The notes under the pieces are model-generated. The model was not told the DNA's origin, searched no databases, and was given only the letters and a program-made list of their open reading frames with translations. A DNA stretch of 48,980 nt from a phage, in sequence record NC_105619.1; one strand, written 5' to 3'. The translations under genes were made by a program, and so were the position numbers. Below are positions 46,546-48,980 of this stretch, in pieces (position 1 is the first letter of the stretch; each line of letters opens with the position of its first letter).

Positions 46546-47118
46546 ATGAAAACAGCTATCATTTTAAACGGCGCACCTGGAGCGGGAAAAGACACTATCG
46601 GATGCATCCTGGCTGACACTTACGATCACGTAGCCTTGCGCAGCTTCAAAGCGCCAATGTTTGAGATTGCCCGGGCAATCCTTGGTGAAGCTAACTACGA
46701 GTATTTCATGTTCTTGTATGAGGACCGTCGATATAAAGAAGAGCCAGCATCCATCCTGAACGGTAAAAGCCCACGCCAGTTTATGATCTGGATTAGCGAG
46801 GAAGTCATCAAGCCGCAGTTCGGAAATCGATTCTTCGGTATGCGAGCGGAAAGCAAGGTGAAAGAGTCAAACTCCCTTTCGGTATTTACTGACGGTGGAT
46901 TCAAAGATGAGATCTTGCAAATGATTGAAGGCGATATCCAGGTCAAACTATGCCGCATACATCGCAACGGCTGCAACTTCGATAACGACAGTCGAGATTA
47001 TATCTACCTGGATGATATGATCGGTGTCAACGGTTATCAGGAATGTGACTTCTTCTCTGTCGAAGGTCATCCAGAAATTACCGCTCAGCACATAGCCGCC
47101 ACGTTCATCAATAAATAG
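46546..47118 (+). CDS. P-loop nucleotide/nucleoside-monophosphate kinase-like protein
   Basis: Walker A ..LNGAPGAGKDT.. at N-terminus, as in small phage dNMP/polynucleotide kinases. Confidence 0.55.
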   Translation: MKTAIILNGAPGAGKDTIGCILADTYDHVALRSFKAPMFEIARAILGEANYEYFMFLYEDRRYKEEPASILNGKSPRQFMIWISEEVIKPQFGNRFFGMRAESKVKESNSLSVFTDGGFKDEILQMIEGDIQVKLCRIHRNGCNFDNDSRDYIYLDDMIGVNGYQECDFFSVEGHPEITAQHIAATFINK

Positions 47119-47158
47119 CACGAATTGCTAAAACGTCGATGTGGTGATTTGATATAGT
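47114..47158 (+). promoter_or_regulatory. early promoter module
   Basis: AATAGCACGAATTGCTAAAAC + 22 nt + TATAGT; arms GTCGATG/CATCGAC. Confidence 0.55.
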
Positions 47159-47191
47159 TACCTCATCGACAACCAAGAGAGACAAATCGAA

Positions 47192-47401
47192 ATGATGGTA
47201 TCAACTGATAAGTTTTTTACTTGCACTAAAACTTCTGAAGTATTCGAACTGGTTCATACTGATAATGGTGATTTCATGCATGACGGTTGCTACGTTTTTA
47301 TCGAAGTGAAAGAAAGCGACTATGACGACGGAGTTTATTACAACCCGGCAGTTAACACTCAGTTTTTTACCCCGATCGAGGAAGATGGAGAAGAGGCATG
47401 A
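47192..47401 (+). CDS. hypothetical small acidic protein
   Basis: 69 aa, ~16 Asp/Glu, few basic residues. Confidence 0.45.
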   Translation: MMVSTDKFFTCTKTSEVFELVHTDNGDFMHDGCYVFIEVKESDYDDGVYYNPAVNTQFFTPIEEDGEEA

Positions 47402-47742
47402 TTACGATTAACCTGTCAGAGAAGCAAGCTCGTGAAATCCTGGACACGATCGGCGACCAGTTACACATCAAAGGCGCTACCGCCGAACTTCTTAACCAGA
47501 TCGAAAGGCAGCTCACTCCGGTGTCAACGAATCAATCTGAGTTCGCAGCATGGAAGAGTGAGCGCATCTTGCCAAATATCATCAAGGCATGGAAGCGCAA
47601 GCATAAAAAAGAAATCAACGTTGAGGATTTATTTACCGATGAATTAAGTCCTTCAAAGGTTTCTCAATATCAGTTGCGATACATGGAATCAGTTTGCAAT
47701 CAGGTTTTAGGTGTTAATTTTTCATTTGGTGGAGGTAAATGA
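47398..47742 (+). CDS. hypothetical protein
   Basis: Overlapping start. Confidence 0.45.
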   Translation: MITINLSEKQAREILDTIGDQLHIKGATAELLNQIERQLTPVSTNQSEFAAWKSERILPNIIKAWKRKHKKEINVEDLFTDELSPSKVSQYQLRYMESVCNQVLGVNFSFGGGK

Positions 47743-47972
47743 TGTTCGGTTTAAGTGAAGCGGAATGGAACGTGGTAAAGCGAGCGGCGAAGGAATTAAA
47801 TAAATTCGTCAGTGGCATGAAGAAAGAAGATCGGAAAAACGACAAGATCATGATTTACGTTATTTCTACTCACCATAAAAAGGTCGAATTACTCATCGAT
47901 CGCTACAAATTTGTCTGGACTGCCGGGTATATTGCCGGGCGCGTAGGTAACAAAGAAGGGGATTACGAATAA
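47739..47972 (+). CDS. hypothetical protein
   Basis: Overlapping start. Confidence 0.45.
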   Translation: MMFGLSEAEWNVVKRAAKELNKFVSGMKKEDRKNDKIMIYVISTHHKKVELLIDRYKFVWTAGYIAGRVGNKEGDYE

Positions 47973-48175
47973 TGGCTAATTTGCCGAGGAAAGGCGATCA
48001 GGTTCGATGCGTAACGTCACGCAATGGCGATGCTTTCTCTGCTGGTTGCTCTTACGATGTGGAAAAGGTTAGTAAAGCAAAGAGACTCGTATATGTGTAC
48101 GGCGACGATGGAAACTTGCATGAGATTGATTACCCGCAGGATATGACTAAGGGTCAATTTGAAATTAATGATTGA
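47972..48175 (+). CDS. hypothetical protein
   Basis: Overlapping start (TAATG). Confidence 0.45.
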   Translation: MANLPRKGDQVRCVTSRNGDAFSAGCSYDVEKVSKAKRLVYVYGDDGNLHEIDYPQDMTKGQFEIND

Positions 48176-48339
48176 CCTACGTCCCTGAGCGGTGATAGTA
48201 TTAATCCCGTAGACATACGAGGCGCAATGAGTCGCAACGCGTGAGACGATTCTCACCATTCCAGCTAACAAGCTCGGTTGCATAGTGGTTAAGCAACGCC
48301 GCAGACCCGTAAGCGGCAACAATTCAAGAGGATTGCATA
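48176..48339 (+). ncRNA. candidate structured non-coding region / leader
   Basis: 164 nt without ORF; TTGACC-N18-TAGTAT at its 5' edge; hairpins GAGA-cgat-TCTC, GTTGC-N11-GCAAC, GCCGC-N10-GCGGC. Confidence 0.25.
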
Positions 48340-48501
48340 ATGCAAAACACCAAAGATGAATCAGTCAAAATTGAAATTAAAGTAACTCGCAACGGTGAAA
48401 CCACTCGTTATAAAAAACGATTAAATCCTGGCGAGGCTGTTATTGGTCGCATTGCTGGCGTTATGATTAAGGCGCAGGAAGATGAAGCGATTCAAAGTTA
48501 A
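48340..48501 (+). CDS. hypothetical small protein (53 aa)
   Basis: RBS AAGAGG; below track cutoff. Confidence 0.35.
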   Translation: MQNTKDESVKIEIKVTRNGETTRYKKRLNPGEAVIGRIAGVMIKAQEDEAIQS

Positions 48502-48517
48502 ATTAATTATTCGAAAG

Positions 48518-48667
48518 ATGGGAATGTTTTGCCAGTCGTGCAAGCAATCTTTCGAAACTGAATTATCAGCAACCAGTCAGGATGAAGCCATCACGAAAGC
48601 AAAAAAACTTTCCGGCGCTAACCTTGACACTCACAAAATAAATATTGAATTAATCAAGGAGATTTAA
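48518..48667 (+). CDS. hypothetical small Cys-containing protein
   Basis: Track ORF 48482..48667 trimmed to internal ATG to avoid overlap; start uncertain. Confidence 0.3.
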   Translation: MGMFCQSCKQSFETELSATSQDEAITKAKKLSGANLDTHKINIELIKEI

Positions 48668-48668
48668 C

Positions 48669-48896
48669 ATGACAATTTTTTTATTGATTATCGCTGGTGT
48701 CATTATTTTTGGTGCTGGTTTGTTTGCTGGCTTCGCACTTGTGGCGGCAGCAATTGCGAAGGACGCGAAGGATAAAACTGGTGTATGGCTGACCTACTCA
48801 CCTAAGAAGGACCAATGGGAAATGACTGGCGACCTTGCTCACTGCTACTCTAAAGCGCAGACTCACCCTAAAGGCATTAAACGACGATTATCGTGA
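48669..48896 (+). CDS. hypothetical membrane protein
   Basis: RBS AAGGAG; N-terminal TM ..IFLLIIAGVIIFGAGLFAGFALVAAAI.. Confidence 0.5.
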   Translation: MTIFLLIIAGVIIFGAGLFAGFALVAAAIAKDAKDKTGVWLTYSPKKDQWEMTGDLAHCYSKAQTHPKGIKRRLS

Positions 48897-48906
48897 TAAA
48901 CACTAA

Positions 48907-48966
48907 CCCGCTACGGCGGGTTTTTTTATGCCTGCAATATGGTAAAATAGCACTAAATGTTAAACG
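48907..48966 (+). promoter_or_regulatory. terminator hairpin (CCCGC-TACG-GCGGG + T7) followed by CAATAT/TAAAAT and a copy of the box, upstream of terminase small subunit
   Basis: Same hairpin arms as late modules but loop TACG; AATAGCACTAAATGTTAAAC at 48945-48966 then RBS. Confidence 0.45.
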
Positions 48967-48980
48967 AAGAGGATTGATTT

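Noticed and set aside
27333-47158. Reading the TTG(C/T)TA inside the box as a sigma70 -35, or TAAAAC at the end of the box as the -10
   Set aside because: Spacing to the conserved downstream hexamer is invariably 22 bp, too long for a sigma70 -35/-10 pair, and TAAAAC lacks the invariant final T; the downstream hexamers fit a -10 better, so the box is treated as an upstream factor site.
48017-48322. 101-aa minus-strand track ORF across the ORF-free segment and end of gene 47972..48175
   Set aside because: Antisense to a well-supported + strand gene, no RBS, Leu/Ser/Arg-rich composition typical of spurious antisense frames.
48176-48339. Possible tRNA gene
   Set aside because: AGTGGTTAAG resembles a D-loop, but no GTTC-type T-loop, no 7-bp acceptor stem and no 7-nt anticodon loop could be built by eye.
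1-48980. CRISPR array or mobile element
   Set aside because: The repeated boxes are irregularly spaced, always intergenic and linked to -10 hexamers; no regular repeat-spacer periodicity, transposase, integrase or terminal inverted repeats seen.

Overview
This 48,980-bp window reads as a complete or near-complete genome of a T1-like virulent siphophage, written circularly permuted so that it starts at the small terminase gene (that gene's ribosome-binding site, AAGAGG, sits at the very end of the window). All calls are by-eye motif recognition on the supplied six-frame track; no database search, RNA folding or statistics were run, and hand-derived coordinates may be off by 1-2 nt. Layout: (1) 1-20,094, + strand morphogenesis operon: terminase small and large subunits, portal, Mu-F-like head protein, scaffold, two paralogous decoration-like proteins, major capsid, connector and neck proteins, major tail protein, tail chaperone with a -1 frameshift site, tape measure, and lambda-like M/L/K/I/J tail-tip proteins. 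(2) 20,122-21,311, leftward cor-like lipoprotein plus an overlapping Gly/Asn-rich protein. (3) 21,312-21,837, AT-rich divergent control region. (4) 21,838-34,329, recombination and replication genes (PD-(D/E)XK exonuclease, Erf-like, SSB, primase, SF2 helicase, VRR-NUC, Dam), a leftward tail-fibre gene, an HTH-metallophosphoesterase and the lysis cassette (holin, lysozyme, unimolecular spanin). (5) 34,451-39,792, leftward operons of small unknown genes including a C5-methyltransferase-like protein. (6) 39,793-40,476, second AT-rich control region. (7) 40,477-48,896, rightward operons of small unknown early genes including a HAD phosphatase and P-loop kinase pair. No integrase, repressor, tRNA, rRNA or CRISPR array was seen. 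The most unusual content is regulatory: about 20 copies of a stereotyped promoter module (near-palindromic TAGCA-N5-TGyTA box, exactly 22 bp, then a -10 hexamer that usually sits between unique inverted-repeat arms) heading essentially every early operon on both strands, plus three near-identical terminator hairpins in the late operon that carry an embedded TTGCGC-N17-TAnAAT promoter.
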